Positions 9,456-18,563 of a stretch of DNA of 64,000 bases are shown piece by piece. The stretch's first letter is position 1, and each line of letters opens with the position of its first letter. The position numbers and the translations under genes were made by a program. The stretch spans positions 1,759-65,758 of the forward strand of contig JAZSQO010000008.1 in the NCBI GenBank assembly GCA_045538015.1, written 5' to 3'. The notes beneath the pieces were generated by a model that was given only the letters and a program-made list of their open reading frames with translations, made no database searches and was not told the origin of the DNA. The stretch is from Acutalibacteraceae bacterium. Lineage in GTDB: Bacteria; Bacillota; Clostridia; Oscillospirales; Acutalibacteraceae.

Positions 9456-10094
9456 TCAATCGCCCCCCACAAGGGCTTTTTTCAGCTTGCGGCGGACACG
9501 CTGAAGGGCGTTGTCCACTGCCTTGGCGTCCATCCCGAGGCATCCGGCGATCTCCTCGTAGGAACAGTCGTGCATATGATACTGGGTGAACACCTGATAC
9601 TCTCGCTCCGAGAGCAGCTCCCTGAGCCGCTGCTTCAGCTCGGCGACGCTTTCGTCGATGAGCACCAGAGCCTCCGGATCGGCTCCGGCATCGGCGGTGT
9701 CCTCCTGCCGATAGTAGTCGGACAGCTCCATATACTGGGAGAGAGGCCGGTTCTTTTCCCGGGCGGAATTTCTCACCGCCGAGCGCAGCCGGTTGTCGAT
9801 GCACACACCGGCGTAGGTGCGGAAGGAAGCGGCCTGACCGGCAGAAAAGCTCCGGGCGGCGCTGAACAGCCCCAGAGAGGCCTCCTGCATGAGGTCGTCG
9901 GCATCCATGCCGCACGCCTTGACATGAGCTACCTTATATAATATAATATGGTAGTATCTGCTCAGCAGTTCGGGGAAAGCCTGCGGTTCGCGGGCGGAAA
10001 GAGCGGCCAGCTCTTCGTCGGACACGCCGAGATAACGATCGGCGACATCCTCGAGCACCATTCTGTGCTGCAAACCATCTTTCACCCCAATCAT
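9456..10094 (-). CDS. Sigma-70 family RNA polymerase sigma factor
   Basis: A region-2-like 'DDLMQEASLGLFSAARSF...SFRTYAGVCIDNRL' is followed by the region-4 HTH 'SYEEIAGCLGMDAKAVDNALQRVRRKL'. Confidence 0.8.
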   Translation of the reverse strand: MIGVKDGLQHRMVLEDVADRYLGVSDEELAALSAREPQAFPELLSRYYHIILYKVAHVKACGMDADDLMQEASLGLFSAARSFSAGQAASFRTYAGVCIDNRLRSAVRNSAREKNRPLSQYMELSDYYRQEDTADAGADPEALVLIDESVAELKQRLRELLSEREYQVFTQYHMHDCSYEEIAGCLGMDAKAVDNALQRVRRKLKKALVGGD

Positions 10095-10245
10095 TCTATG
10101 CTATCTAAGCATACACCGAAATCTGTTGGATGTCAATATTTATTTAAAAATAAATTTACAAATGATAATATTCGGGGAAATTGCCAAAAATGATGCCTCA
10201 AAGGCATTTTTTGAAGCATTTGACCCCACGAATAAAAAATAACTA

Positions 10246-10274
10246 TTGCAATTGTCGGAAAGCTGTGGTAGAAT
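10246..10274 (+). promoter_or_regulatory. Candidate promoter of rpmB
   Basis: TTGCAA, 17 nt, TAGAAT, with an extended -10 TG. Confidence 0.5.
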
Positions 10275-10322
10275 ACGACTGTTGCACGAAAACAAGCTTA
10301 TGCAAAAAGGAGGTACAGTAAA

Positions 10323-10511
10323 ATGGCAAAGTGTGAAATTTGCGGCAAGGGTGTTACTTTTGGAATCAAGGTGTCCCACTCCCATCGCCGTTCCAATCGT
10401 ACCTGGAAGCCCAACGTAAGACGCGTCAAGGCTATTGTCAACGGTACTCCCACTCGTGTGTACGCTTGCACCCGCTGCCTGCGTTCCGGCAAGGTCAACC
10501 GTGCCGTCTGA
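10323..10511 (+). CDS. rpmB: 50S ribosomal protein L28
   Basis: 'MAKCEICGKG..FG..VSHS.RR..R.W.PN' is present. The protein is 62 aa. Confidence 0.95.
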   Translation: MAKCEICGKGVTFGIKVSHSHRRSNRTWKPNVRRVKAIVNGTPTRVYACTRCLRSGKVNRAV

Positions 10512-10538
10512 TCATTCGTTGAAAACTTCTGACGATCA

Positions 10539-10566
10539 AGCCCGCCTCTGTGAGGCGGGCTTTTTG
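10539..10566 (+). terminator. Intrinsic terminator of rpmB
   Basis: agcccgcctc-tgtg-aggcgggct followed by TTTTT. Confidence 0.8.
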
Positions 10567-10587
10567 TCGTCCGCGGGCAAGGACGCG

Positions 10588-10617
10588 AAAAAAAGGGACG
10601 GAGCAGGCTCCGTCCCT
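10588..10617 (-). terminator. Intrinsic terminator of the 10646-11905 gene
   Basis: gggacggagc / gctccgtccc stem followed by T7 on the minus strand. Confidence 0.8.
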
Positions 10618-10645
10618 TTCTGAGTTTTCTGAACAGCTTCCGCAA

Positions 10646-11905
10646 TTACTTGGCGACAAAGGTCACACGATCAAACACGAGGGGATCGCCGTAGCCGTCC
10701 TCGCCGTAAACTCTGCATCTGAGCTCAAATTCGTCGTAGTTCTCCCAGTCGGAGATCTCGGCGGTGTCGATGTCAAAGTAGCCTCTGGTGCCCGCGGGCA
10801 GTTCCACCACCCAGAACACATTATCAAGGCCGTCCGCCCAGGAGATCTCGTCGATGTCAATGGTGAGGGCTTCGTCGGTCTTGTTTTCGATGTAGGCGGT
10901 GAACACCAGTCCATAGATGTCGTCATATTCGCACAGAATGGTGGTGAGGGTCATGTACTCGTTGTCGATCACTACATTCTCGGCGCCCAGAGTGACGCGG
11001 TCGGCCGGAGCAACATCCTCGGCGGTCAGGCCGCTGGGATAGATGGCCACGGTCTCGTCCAGAATGTCGTCGTAGCTGACGCTGTCATAGCAGTTGATAT
11101 TCATCTGCAGCTCCACCGGCTCGGTGACCTGACACAGTTCCATCATGTCGGTGTCCAGAACCATCTCGTCGTAGCCCGCGGCTCCGGGCAGGATGGTGCC
11201 GGAAAGGCCGAAGGTGCTCATGGCCCATTTGTCGGCGTAGATATTCTCCACGCTGTATGTGACGGCCTGCTCGGAATTGTTCTCCACATAGATTCTGAGG
11301 GCGTAGCCGTCCTCATCCAGAGGATCGATGCTGTCCACCAGCATGAGGATATCGCTTTCGTCCACAAGGATGATGTCCTCGTCCTTGGCCTCACGCTTGG
11401 TGATCTGGGGAGCGTTCTCGGCGCCGTTGGGGTAGTAGGTGACAAAGGCAACTACTGCCTCAGCGTCCCAGTCATCCGATTCAACCATGGAGATATAGAG
11501 ATCGACCTGATCCACGGACTCAATGCCGTATTGCTCCAGCTCACTCTCCCAGATGTCTATCTCGACCATGACGCTCTGTCCGGGCTCGACGGTCTCAAGC
11601 TCCCAGTAGTCCATCTTCCAGCCGTTGATGGTGCAGCCGCTCCACTCAATGTCCAGCGAGACGTCGCTCTTGTTTTCCACAACGGTGCCGATGGAATAGT
11701 CGCCGTAGCTGTCCATGCCTTTGGTGACCACGGTCTGCTTTACCAGCTCGTTTTCAAAAATAACATTGGGGTCGGCGGCAGGCTCGGTCACCGCGGTCTC
11801 GCCGGTGCCTCCCTGGTCGCCGATAGGCTCGATGCCGGTCTTGCAGGAGCAAAGCCCCACACACAGCACCGCGCAGAGGATAAACGCGATAATTCTCTTC
11901 ATCAT
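10646..11905 (-). CDS. Hypothetical acidic lipoprotein
   Basis: Lipobox 'VGLCSCKTG' is present. The sequence is acidic with internally repeated ~130-aa segments (by eye). Confidence 0.65.
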   Translation of the reverse strand: MMKRIIAFILCAVLCVGLCSCKTGIEPIGDQGGTGETAVTEPAADPNVIFENELVKQTVVTKGMDSYGDYSIGTVVENKSDVSLDIEWSGCTINGWKMDYWELETVEPGQSVMVEIDIWESELEQYGIESVDQVDLYISMVESDDWDAEAVVAFVTYYPNGAENAPQITKREAKDEDIILVDESDILMLVDSIDPLDEDGYALRIYVENNSEQAVTYSVENIYADKWAMSTFGLSGTILPGAAGYDEMVLDTDMMELCQVTEPVELQMNINCYDSVSYDDILDETVAIYPSGLTAEDVAPADRVTLGAENVVIDNEYMTLTTILCEYDDIYGLVFTAYIENKTDEALTIDIDEISWADGLDNVFWVVELPAGTRGYFDIDTAEISDWENYDEFELRCRVYGEDGYGDPLVFDRVTFVAK

Positions 11906-12037
11906 TCTGAATACTCCTTCCGATTATTTGTTGGGATCGTGTGCTGACTGCATGATACCACAGAGTGGTGGATTTTGTCAACAAGATGATAACAAAGGAG
12001 CCGCCCGAGGACAGCTCCTTTTCATTATATAATGTAC

Positions 12038-12871
12038 TTATTCAGCCAGCATGGCGATCAGCTTGCCCAGAACCGGCTCGAACTTGGCGCCGTACCAGTG
12101 GTTCTCCTCCCCGGCGGTGGCCTTGATGCACTCCACGGTGTAGTCGGAGGCGATCTTTGCCGCGTCGTAGGTGGTCTTTCCCCGCACCAGAGCGCCCACG
12201 AAGGCCGAGGCGTAAATGTCGCCGGTGCCGTGGCAGCTGTTGGGCAGCAGCTCGTGCTCGTAGTAGGAGTATTCGCCCTTCTCCACCACCACCGAGCCGG
12301 TGCGGCCGGGAGCGTAGGAGATGCCGGTGAGCACGATGTTTCCGCAGCCCAGAGCGGTCAGCTTCTCGATTATCTCGTCGATGTAGGCCCGGTCGTATTC
12401 GGTCTTGTATTCCATGCCGGTGAGGAAGCAGGCCTCGGTGATGTTGGGCAGCAGGCAGTCGGCCTTGGCGCACAGCTTCTTCATGGCCTCCACAAAGGCG
12501 GCGTCAAAGCCGGGATAGAGCTTGCCGTTGTCGGCCATGGCCGGGTCAACGATCAGCTTGGCACCTTCTCTGGAGCAGGAGGCGGCGATGTCCAGCACAT
12601 AGTCGATCTGCTGAGCGCTGCCGAGGTAGCCGGTGTAGATGGCGTCAAAGGCGATGTTCTCCTTCTCCCAGTGAGCCTTGATGGCGGGCATATCCTCGGT
12701 CAGGTCGCGGAAGGTGTAGCCGGAAAAGCCGGCGGTGTGGGTGGACAGCACTGCCGAGGGCAGAATGCAGGTCTCGATGCCGCAGGCGGAAATGATGGGC
12801 AGAGCCACGGTCAGCGAGCACTGGCCGACACAGGAAACATCCTGAATGGTAAGTATTCTGGGATAGGACAT
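12038..12871 (-). CDS. pdxK: Pyridoxal/pyridoxamine kinase
   Basis: 'RILTIQDVSCVGQCSLTVALPIISACG' and the C-terminal 'GTGDIYASAF' ribokinase-family anion hole are present. RBS is gaggag. Confidence 0.85.
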   Translation of the reverse strand: MSYPRILTIQDVSCVGQCSLTVALPIISACGIETCILPSAVLSTHTAGFSGYTFRDLTEDMPAIKAHWEKENIAFDAIYTGYLGSAQQIDYVLDIAASCSREGAKLIVDPAMADNGKLYPGFDAAFVEAMKKLCAKADCLLPNITEACFLTGMEYKTEYDRAYIDEIIEKLTALGCGNIVLTGISYAPGRTGSVVVEKGEYSYYEHELLPNSCHGTGDIYASAFVGALVRGKTTYDAAKIASDYTVECIKATAGEENHWYGAKFEPVLGKLIAMLAE

Positions 12872-12978
12872 AATAAACACTCCTCACAGTCTTGATTTTT
12901 ATTGACTGACCATGAGTATAGCCCTATTTTGGTAATAAGTAAATGGTCAAAACGGTAAATTTTAATATGACCAGATGG

Positions 12979-14070
12979 CTATTTTTCTTCTGCTTCCTTT
13001 CGCCTTGCCCGGCGGACGCGGTTGATGTGCCGCTCGAAGTCGCCGCTGGTCAGCAGCTCGGCCAGCATATACTGCTCCAGCAGAGGCACCGTGCAGGAAT
13101 AGAAGCCCAGCCGGCGCTCAAATTCCTCCAGCAGCCGCTCGGGCAGCACCATGTAGCCCACCCGGATGGAGGGCGCCACGGTGCGGGAGAAGGTGTTGAG
13201 GTAGATGACCGACCGGCCTGCGTCCACGGAAAAGAGCGTATCCTCGTGCTTGGAGGAAACGGTCAGCTCGGAATCATAGTTGTCCTCGATTATCCAGCCG
13301 CCCCGCTTTTCCGCCCAGCGGATGTATTCGGCCCGCTTGGAGGCCGAGGCGGTGACGCCGCTGGGAAAGCTGCGGAAGGGAGTGACATGGAGCACCTTTG
13401 CCCCGGTGCGCTCCAGCTCCGGGGAGCGGATGCCGTCCCGGCCCATGCGCAGCAGGTCGCATTCCACACCGCAGGCGTGGTACACCCGGCGTATCTTTTC
13501 GTAGGAGGGATTTTCCAGCCCGAACACACACTCCCTGCCCAGCAGCTGCACCACCATGCTGTAGAGGTACTCCGCGCCGGAGCCCACGATTATCTGCTCG
13601 GCCGAGGCGGTGATGCCCACCGAGCGGGCGAGGTAGGCGCAGATGGCGCTCCTCAGCTCGGGGCAGCCGTGGTTGGGCGACTTGACCAGAATATCCTCTC
13701 CCCTCTCCTGCAGCACCTTGCGCAGAGTGCGGGCCAGCACCGTGAAGGGAAACCGGCCGCTGGCGGTGTGGCTGTGGCCGCTCTGGCCGGTGGGTGCGGG
13801 CACGGGAGCCTCGGAGGACACAAAATCATCCTCCCGGTATATTACAAAATATCCGCTGCGCTGGCGGGCCTCCACATAGCCCTCGTCGCACAGCAGGGAG
13901 TAGCAGTGCTCCACGGTGATGACGCTGACGCCCGACTCCTCGGCCAGAATGCGCTTGGAGGGCAGCCGCGCCCCGCAGGGATAAACTCCGCCGGTGATGT
14001 CGGCGCGCAGCTGATAATACAGCTGCAGATAGGCCTTCACCCCGGAGTGCTCGTCGATGTGATACTTCAT
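12979..14070 (-). CDS. MocR/PdxR-like regulator (GntR wHTH + aminotransferase-like domain), short form
   Basis: The wHTH is 'LPSKRILAEESGVSVITVEHCYSLLCDEGYVEARQRSGYFV'. The AAT-like domain carries 'NTFSRTVAPSIRVGY'. Confidence 0.75.
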   Translation of the reverse strand: MKYHIDEHSGVKAYLQLYYQLRADITGGVYPCGARLPSKRILAEESGVSVITVEHCYSLLCDEGYVEARQRSGYFVIYREDDFVSSEAPVPAPTGQSGHSHTASGRFPFTVLARTLRKVLQERGEDILVKSPNHGCPELRSAICAYLARSVGITASAEQIIVGSGAEYLYSMVVQLLGRECVFGLENPSYEKIRRVYHACGVECDLLRMGRDGIRSPELERTGAKVLHVTPFRSFPSGVTASASKRAEYIRWAEKRGGWIIEDNYDSELTVSSKHEDTLFSVDAGRSVIYLNTFSRTVAPSIRVGYMVLPERLLEEFERRLGFYSCTVPLLEQYMLAELLTSGDFERHINRVRRARRKEAEEK

Positions 14071-14942
14071 CTGTTCAGCAGCTCTTTTCCGATAACCTTT
14101 ATCATTATGGATATGTTCAGCCGGGAGGCGTCCTCGGGATAGACCGCCCTTATGCGGCGGCTTCTGACGTATCTTTCAAGATATTCCTCGGTTATTTGCT
14201 CCTCGTCCATGCCCGCCGCCAGACGGCTGCGCAGGAACTCGCCGCCCTCCCGGTTGGCCTCAGCCGCGTGGTCAAGGAACCACGCCGTCTGCTCCCGGCT
14301 CAGCAGCCCGAAATGGGGAGCCAGCATCTCCTCGATGTCAAATTCTCTCAGCCGCTCGATGGAATCAAGGGTGAGCTGATAGCCCACAAGGCAGGAGAGC
14401 GCCACGGTCTCAATGCCGTCGTACACGCCCAGAGTCTCGCAGCCCAGCAGCAGGCGGCGCTCCCGGCAGTAGTAGCCAAGGGAGCATTTCGTGTGTCCGG
14501 GCAGCTCCTCCGCCTGAAAGCTCATGCTCCCGGCGGAAATGACGTCGCCGTCCTTCACCGCCCGATCCACCCGCAGTCCCTCGCCGGGGAATACGTAGTC
14601 GGTCACGCCGCATTTTGCCGCCATTTTGCCGTCAAGGTCGGCCATGACCGCCAGCGCTCCGGGACGGCGGAATACGCTCGCGGCGTGCTCTCCGGCCACC
14701 ACCACCGCCTCCGGGTACCGCTCAAGGACGCGGGCGCTGCCGAGGGCGTGGTCGTAGTGGGAATGGGTGAGCAGGATATAATCCAGCGGCCGGTCGCCCA
14801 GCACAGCTTTTATATTGTCGGCCACGCCGTATCCGGTAAAGCCGAAGCCGGTGTCATAAAGCACGGCAGCGGAGCCGTCGTCAAGGAGAAAGGCGCTGTC
14901 CCCGGGCAGGACACGCACATCGGTAACGGTGATTTCGTTCAT
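14067..14942 (-). CDS. MBL-fold metallo-hydrolase
   Basis: 'ILLTHSHYDHALG' is present. A 4-bp ATGA overlap links it to the MocR gene. Confidence 0.8.
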   Translation of the reverse strand: MNEITVTDVRVLPGDSAFLLDDGSAAVLYDTGFGFTGYGVADNIKAVLGDRPLDYILLTHSHYDHALGSARVLERYPEAVVVAGEHAASVFRRPGALAVMADLDGKMAAKCGVTDYVFPGEGLRVDRAVKDGDVISAGSMSFQAEELPGHTKCSLGYYCRERRLLLGCETLGVYDGIETVALSCLVGYQLTLDSIERLREFDIEEMLAPHFGLLSREQTAWFLDHAAEANREGGEFLRSRLAAGMDEEQITEEYLERYVRSRRIRAVYPEDASRLNISIMIKVIGKELLNR

Positions 14943-15006
14943 TCAAGGCACCTCCGGGTAAAAGCATTATAATTATGCCCCTCCCTCACCCATCTTGTCA
15001 AGGCGC

Positions 15007-15035
15007 TTGCGTTTTCTCTCCTCCGGTGGTATAAT
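15007..15035 (+). promoter_or_regulatory. Candidate promoter for the leader ORF + MFS gene
   Basis: TTGCGT, 17 nt, TATAAT. Confidence 0.5.
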
Positions 15036-15070
15036 ATCCCGCAGAAATTATCTCCCAAAGGAGGCAGCCC

Positions 15071-15148
15071 ATGAACGCTGTGATCCATCTCTGCTCAGCA
15101 GAAGCTCCGTGCAAGGTCGCGCAGGACAGGCGCTGCACGGGGCGGTAA
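15071..15148 (+). CDS. Candidate 25-codon leader peptide (MNAVIHLCSAEAPCKVAQDRRCTGR)
   Basis: RBS AAAGGAGG lies 6 nt upstream of the ATG. The hairpin ccgtgca...tgcacgg (15107-15140) sits inside the ORF. Confidence 0.35.
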   Translation: MNAVIHLCSAEAPCKVAQDRRCTGR

Positions 15149-15217
15149 AGCTCCCCACTCTGTCCGGCGGCTTTGCGGTCTTTATGATATATAATAAAAA
15201 CAAGGAGCAAAGCCAAA

Positions 15218-16534
15218 ATGAAAAACAAGATAAAATCCGGGCTTCACGCCCTTTACGAAATGCGCACCTTTCTGCTGCTGTGGAGCACCCAGTCCTTTTC
15301 GGCCCTGGGCAGCTCCATGACCAGTTACGCTCTGGTCATCTGGTCGTACAGTCAGCAGGGCTCGGCGCTGGTCACGGCACTGCTGATGGTGTGCTCCTAC
15401 GCGCCCTATGTGCTGTGCAGCGTCTTTGCCGGCGCTCTCAGCGACCGCTGGGACAAGAAAAGGACCATGCTGGTGTGCGACGCGCTGGCCGCCGCCGGAA
15501 CGGTGGCCGTGCTGATACTGCTCAAGGCTGACGCCCTGCGCGTCTGGCACCTCTACCTGCTCAACGGTCTGAGCGGCCTGATGAACACCGTGCAGCAGCC
15601 CGCCTCCGAGGTGGCGGTGACCTCCATCCTGCCCCGTAAATACTACCAGAAGGTGGGCGGCATCCGCTACATCTCCAACTCCGCCAACACCATCCTCACG
15701 CCCATCATCGCCACGGCCTTCATGGGTCTGCTGGGGCTGGAGGCGGTCATCCTCTTTGACCTGCTGACCTTCTGCGCGGCCTTCGCGGTGCTGCTGTTCT
15801 TTATTCGCCTGCCCCGGAGCAGGCCGGATGAGGAGAAGAAGGAATCGGTGCTCCGCGCGGCAAAGGCCGGCCTTGACTACCTGCGGAGCAACCCGGGCAT
15901 TTTCTGTCTCATTCTCTTTCTTGCCTCGGTCAATCTGGTGGCGTCGCTGTACAACGCCGCCTTCCCGGCCATGATGCTCTCCCGGCAGGGTGCCGGCGAG
16001 GAGGTCATGGGTCTGGTCAACGCCGTCATCGGCGTGGGCACCCTGACCGGCAGCCTCATCGCCTCGGCTCTCAAGCCGCCCAAAAGCCGGGTGAAGGTCA
16101 TCTTCGGCACCATGCTTTTCTCCCTGACCATCGAAAACGCCCTGCTGGCCTTCGGCCGTGTGCCGTGGGTGTGGTGCGTGGCCGGTTTCCTCGGCTGGGT
16201 GCTGGTGCCCGTAATGGCCACCAACCTGGACGCCATTATCCGCCTCCGGGTGCCCGAGGAGCTGCAGGGACGGGTGTACTCCGCCCGCAACACCTTCCAG
16301 TTCTTCACCATCCCCGTGGGCTACTTCCTCGGCGGCCTTGCCGTGGACAGAGTCTTCGAGCCGCTGATGGCCTCCCAGCCCTCCGGCAGCCTGCTGACCC
16401 TCTGCTTCGGCGAGGGCAAAGGCTCGGGCGCGGCCATGTTCTTCGCGGTGCTGGCTGTGCTGGGCGCGGCGGTGTGCCTTGTTGGACGGAGAAACAGACA
16501 CATTCTCCGGCTGGAAGAGAAGGCCGAGGGCTGA
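15218..16534 (+). CDS. MFS transporter (macrolide-efflux / EntS-like subfamily by eye)
   Basis: About 12 TM helices. 'FLLLWSTQSFSALGSSMTSYALVIW' and 'GALSDRWDKK' are present. Confidence 0.8.
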   Translation: MKNKIKSGLHALYEMRTFLLLWSTQSFSALGSSMTSYALVIWSYSQQGSALVTALLMVCSYAPYVLCSVFAGALSDRWDKKRTMLVCDALAAAGTVAVLILLKADALRVWHLYLLNGLSGLMNTVQQPASEVAVTSILPRKYYQKVGGIRYISNSANTILTPIIATAFMGLLGLEAVILFDLLTFCAAFAVLLFFIRLPRSRPDEEKKESVLRAAKAGLDYLRSNPGIFCLILFLASVNLVASLYNAAFPAMMLSRQGAGEEVMGLVNAVIGVGTLTGSLIASALKPPKSRVKVIFGTMLFSLTIENALLAFGRVPWVWCVAGFLGWVLVPVMATNLDAIIRLRVPEELQGRVYSARNTFQFFTIPVGYFLGGLAVDRVFEPLMASQPSGSLLTLCFGEGKGSGAAMFFAVLAVLGAAVCLVGRRNRHILRLEEKAEG

Positions 16535-16570
16535 TATTTTTTGAATTTTTCCTCCTCGTTTCTGCTTTGC

Positions 16571-16638
16571 GGAAGCGGGGAGGAAACCTTTTTCATTAAA
16601 GAATAAAGAATGGAGAATAAATAAGAAATAATAAATTT
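16571..16638. repeat. Mosaic repeat AT block, inverted orientation
   Basis: 'ggaagcggggaggaaaccttttt' followed by 'cattaaagaataaagaatggagaataaataagaaataataaattt'. This is the reverse complement of the block at 36668-36728. Confidence 0.85.
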
Positions 16639-16685
16639 GATTATTGGGCGGAGGTATGATATCCTTGATCGTGGAGGTGAGGACG

Positions 16686-17564
16686 ATGCACTTTGTTCAG
16701 GCCAAGGGGCTGCTTTCGGCTAAGAACGGCATGAACATCTACCGCGGCTGCACCCATGGCTGCATATACTGCGACTCCCGCAGTCTGTGCTACTGCTTTG
16801 ACCATCCCTTTGAGGACATCGAGGTCAAACAGAACGCTCCGGAGCTGCTTGAGAGGGCGCTGAAATCAAAGCGGCGGCGGTGCATGATCGCCACCGGCTC
16901 CATGTGCGACCCATACCTGCACTGCGAGGCGGAGCTTGGGCTGACACGGCGCTGTCTTGAGATCATCGACCGATACGGCTTCGGCCTTTCCATCCTCACC
17001 AAATCCGACCTGATAATGCGGGACATCGACCTGCTGGAGAGCATCAACCGCAAGGCAAAGTGCGTGGTGCAGATGACCCTGACCACCTTTGACGAGGAGC
17101 TGTGCGCCATTCTCGAGCCCAACGTGTGCTCCACCCGCCGGCGGTACGAGGTGCTCTGCGAAATGCGTGACCGTGGCATACCCACGGTGGTGTGGCTATG
17201 CCCGGTGCTGCCCTACATAAACGACACCGCCGAGAATATCGGCGGCATACTCGATCTTTGCGCCGACGCGGGTGTTTACGGCATCATCCACTTCGGCATG
17301 GGCATGACCCTGCGGGAGGGCGACCGGGAATACTACTACGCCGCCCTTGACCGTCATTTTCCCGGCCTGAAGCAGAAGTACATCAGCCGCTACGGCACCG
17401 CCTACGAGCTGTCCTGCGAAAACTGGCGGGAACTTGAGGCTCTGCTGGAGCGCCGCTGTGAAGAAGAGGGCATCCGCTGTGACGCCGACGGGCTGTTCGC
17501 CTACCTTGCCCATCTGCCGGAGAAGCACGAGCAGCTGAGCTTTCTCGACGATTTTTCCGAATAA
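16686..17564 (+). CDS. Radical SAM protein, SPL/SplB-like family
   Basis: 'YRGCTHGCIYC' is the CxxxCxxC motif. RBS is ggaggtgagg. Confidence 0.8.
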   Translation: MHFVQAKGLLSAKNGMNIYRGCTHGCIYCDSRSLCYCFDHPFEDIEVKQNAPELLERALKSKRRRCMIATGSMCDPYLHCEAELGLTRRCLEIIDRYGFGLSILTKSDLIMRDIDLLESINRKAKCVVQMTLTTFDEELCAILEPNVCSTRRRYEVLCEMRDRGIPTVVWLCPVLPYINDTAENIGGILDLCADAGVYGIIHFGMGMTLREGDREYYYAALDRHFPGLKQKYISRYGTAYELSCENWRELEALLERRCEEEGIRCDADGLFAYLAHLPEKHEQLSFLDDFSE

Positions 17565-17576
17565 AGGAGTCATTCC

Positions 17577-18488
17577 ATGAAGATAATTGTCCCCGATTAT
17601 TACCACCGCTTCCGGTGCGCAGCCGGCACCTGCGAGCACAACTGCTGCATCGGCTGGGAAATCGACATCGACCCGGACACCTGCGCCCGCTACCGCTCGG
17701 TTGGCGGCCAGCTTGGCGAGGCTCTGGCGGCCAATATCAACTGGGGCGAGGAGCCTTCCTTCCGTCTGGGCGAGGACGAGCGCTGTCCCTTCCTCAACGG
17801 CGACAACCTCTGCCGGATAATCTTAGAGCTGGGCGAGGATGCTCTGTGTCAGATATGCTCCGACCATCCCCGGTTCCGCAACTGCTTTGAGAGCCGGGAG
17901 GAGATGGGACTGGGGCTGTGCTGTGAGGCCGCCGCCGAGCTGATAGTGGGCAATCCTCACACGGTGAAGCTGACCGTCCTTGAGGAGGACGGCGAGGAGG
18001 AGGCTCCCGACAACGAGGCCGCCTTCCTCTCCCTGCGCGACGGCATCCTCGACACCCTGCAGGACAGAAGCCTCGCCATTCCTCAGCGGATACAGTCGGT
18101 GCTTTCCCGCCTTGACGCTTCTCTTCCCGACCGGAGCCTTTCGGTGTGGGCGAGGATATACGCCTCCCTCGAGCGGCTGGACGACAGCTGGGGCACTCTG
18201 CTGGACAGCCTCTCCGCCTCTCCCGCCGCCGAAAACCCTCTGCCCGATGTGGTGCGGGAGCAGCTGCTGGTGTATTTTGTCTACCGCCATCTTTCCGAGG
18301 CTCTGTACGACGGCCAGCTCCGGGAGCGCCTTGCCTTCTGCGTGCTGAGTGAGGCCATGATCGGCGGTCTGTGCGCCGTCAGCGGTCTGCCCGCCGCCGA
18401 GGCCGCCCGGATGTACTCGGCGGAGATAGAATACTCCGACGAGAACATTCAGGCTCTGCTGGATGTGCTGGCGAGGAATGATAATTAA
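17577..18488 (+). CDS. FliB-family (flagellin lysine-N-methylase-like) Cys-rich protein
   Basis: 'YYHRFRCAAGTCEHNCCIGWEIDID' and 'CPFLNGDNLCRI...CQICSDHPRF' are present. It starts 13 nt after the radical SAM gene. Confidence 0.65.
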   Translation: MKIIVPDYYHRFRCAAGTCEHNCCIGWEIDIDPDTCARYRSVGGQLGEALAANINWGEEPSFRLGEDERCPFLNGDNLCRIILELGEDALCQICSDHPRFRNCFESREEMGLGLCCEAAAELIVGNPHTVKLTVLEEDGEEEAPDNEAAFLSLRDGILDTLQDRSLAIPQRIQSVLSRLDASLPDRSLSVWARIYASLERLDDSWGTLLDSLSASPAAENPLPDVVREQLLVYFVYRHLSEALYDGQLRERLAFCVLSEAMIGGLCAVSGLPAAEAARMYSAEIEYSDENIQALLDVLARNDN

Positions 18489-18563
18489 ACTGCATAAAAA
18501 CACCGCCGCCGGAATCAGACCCGGCGGCGGTGCTGTTATGTGCGTATGAAATTATCGGTTCGC

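Noticed and set aside
10550-11947. 465-aa plus-strand ORF
   Set aside because: It is antisense to the lipoprotein gene, which has a proper lipobox and terminator.
12032-14972. Plus-strand ORFs 12032-12895, 12943-14142 and 14196-14972
   Set aside because: They are shadows of pdxK, the MocR-like gene and the MBL hydrolase, all of which carry diagnostic motifs on the minus strand.
15182-16501. 439-aa minus-strand ORF
   Set aside because: It is a shadow of the 12-TM MFS transporter.
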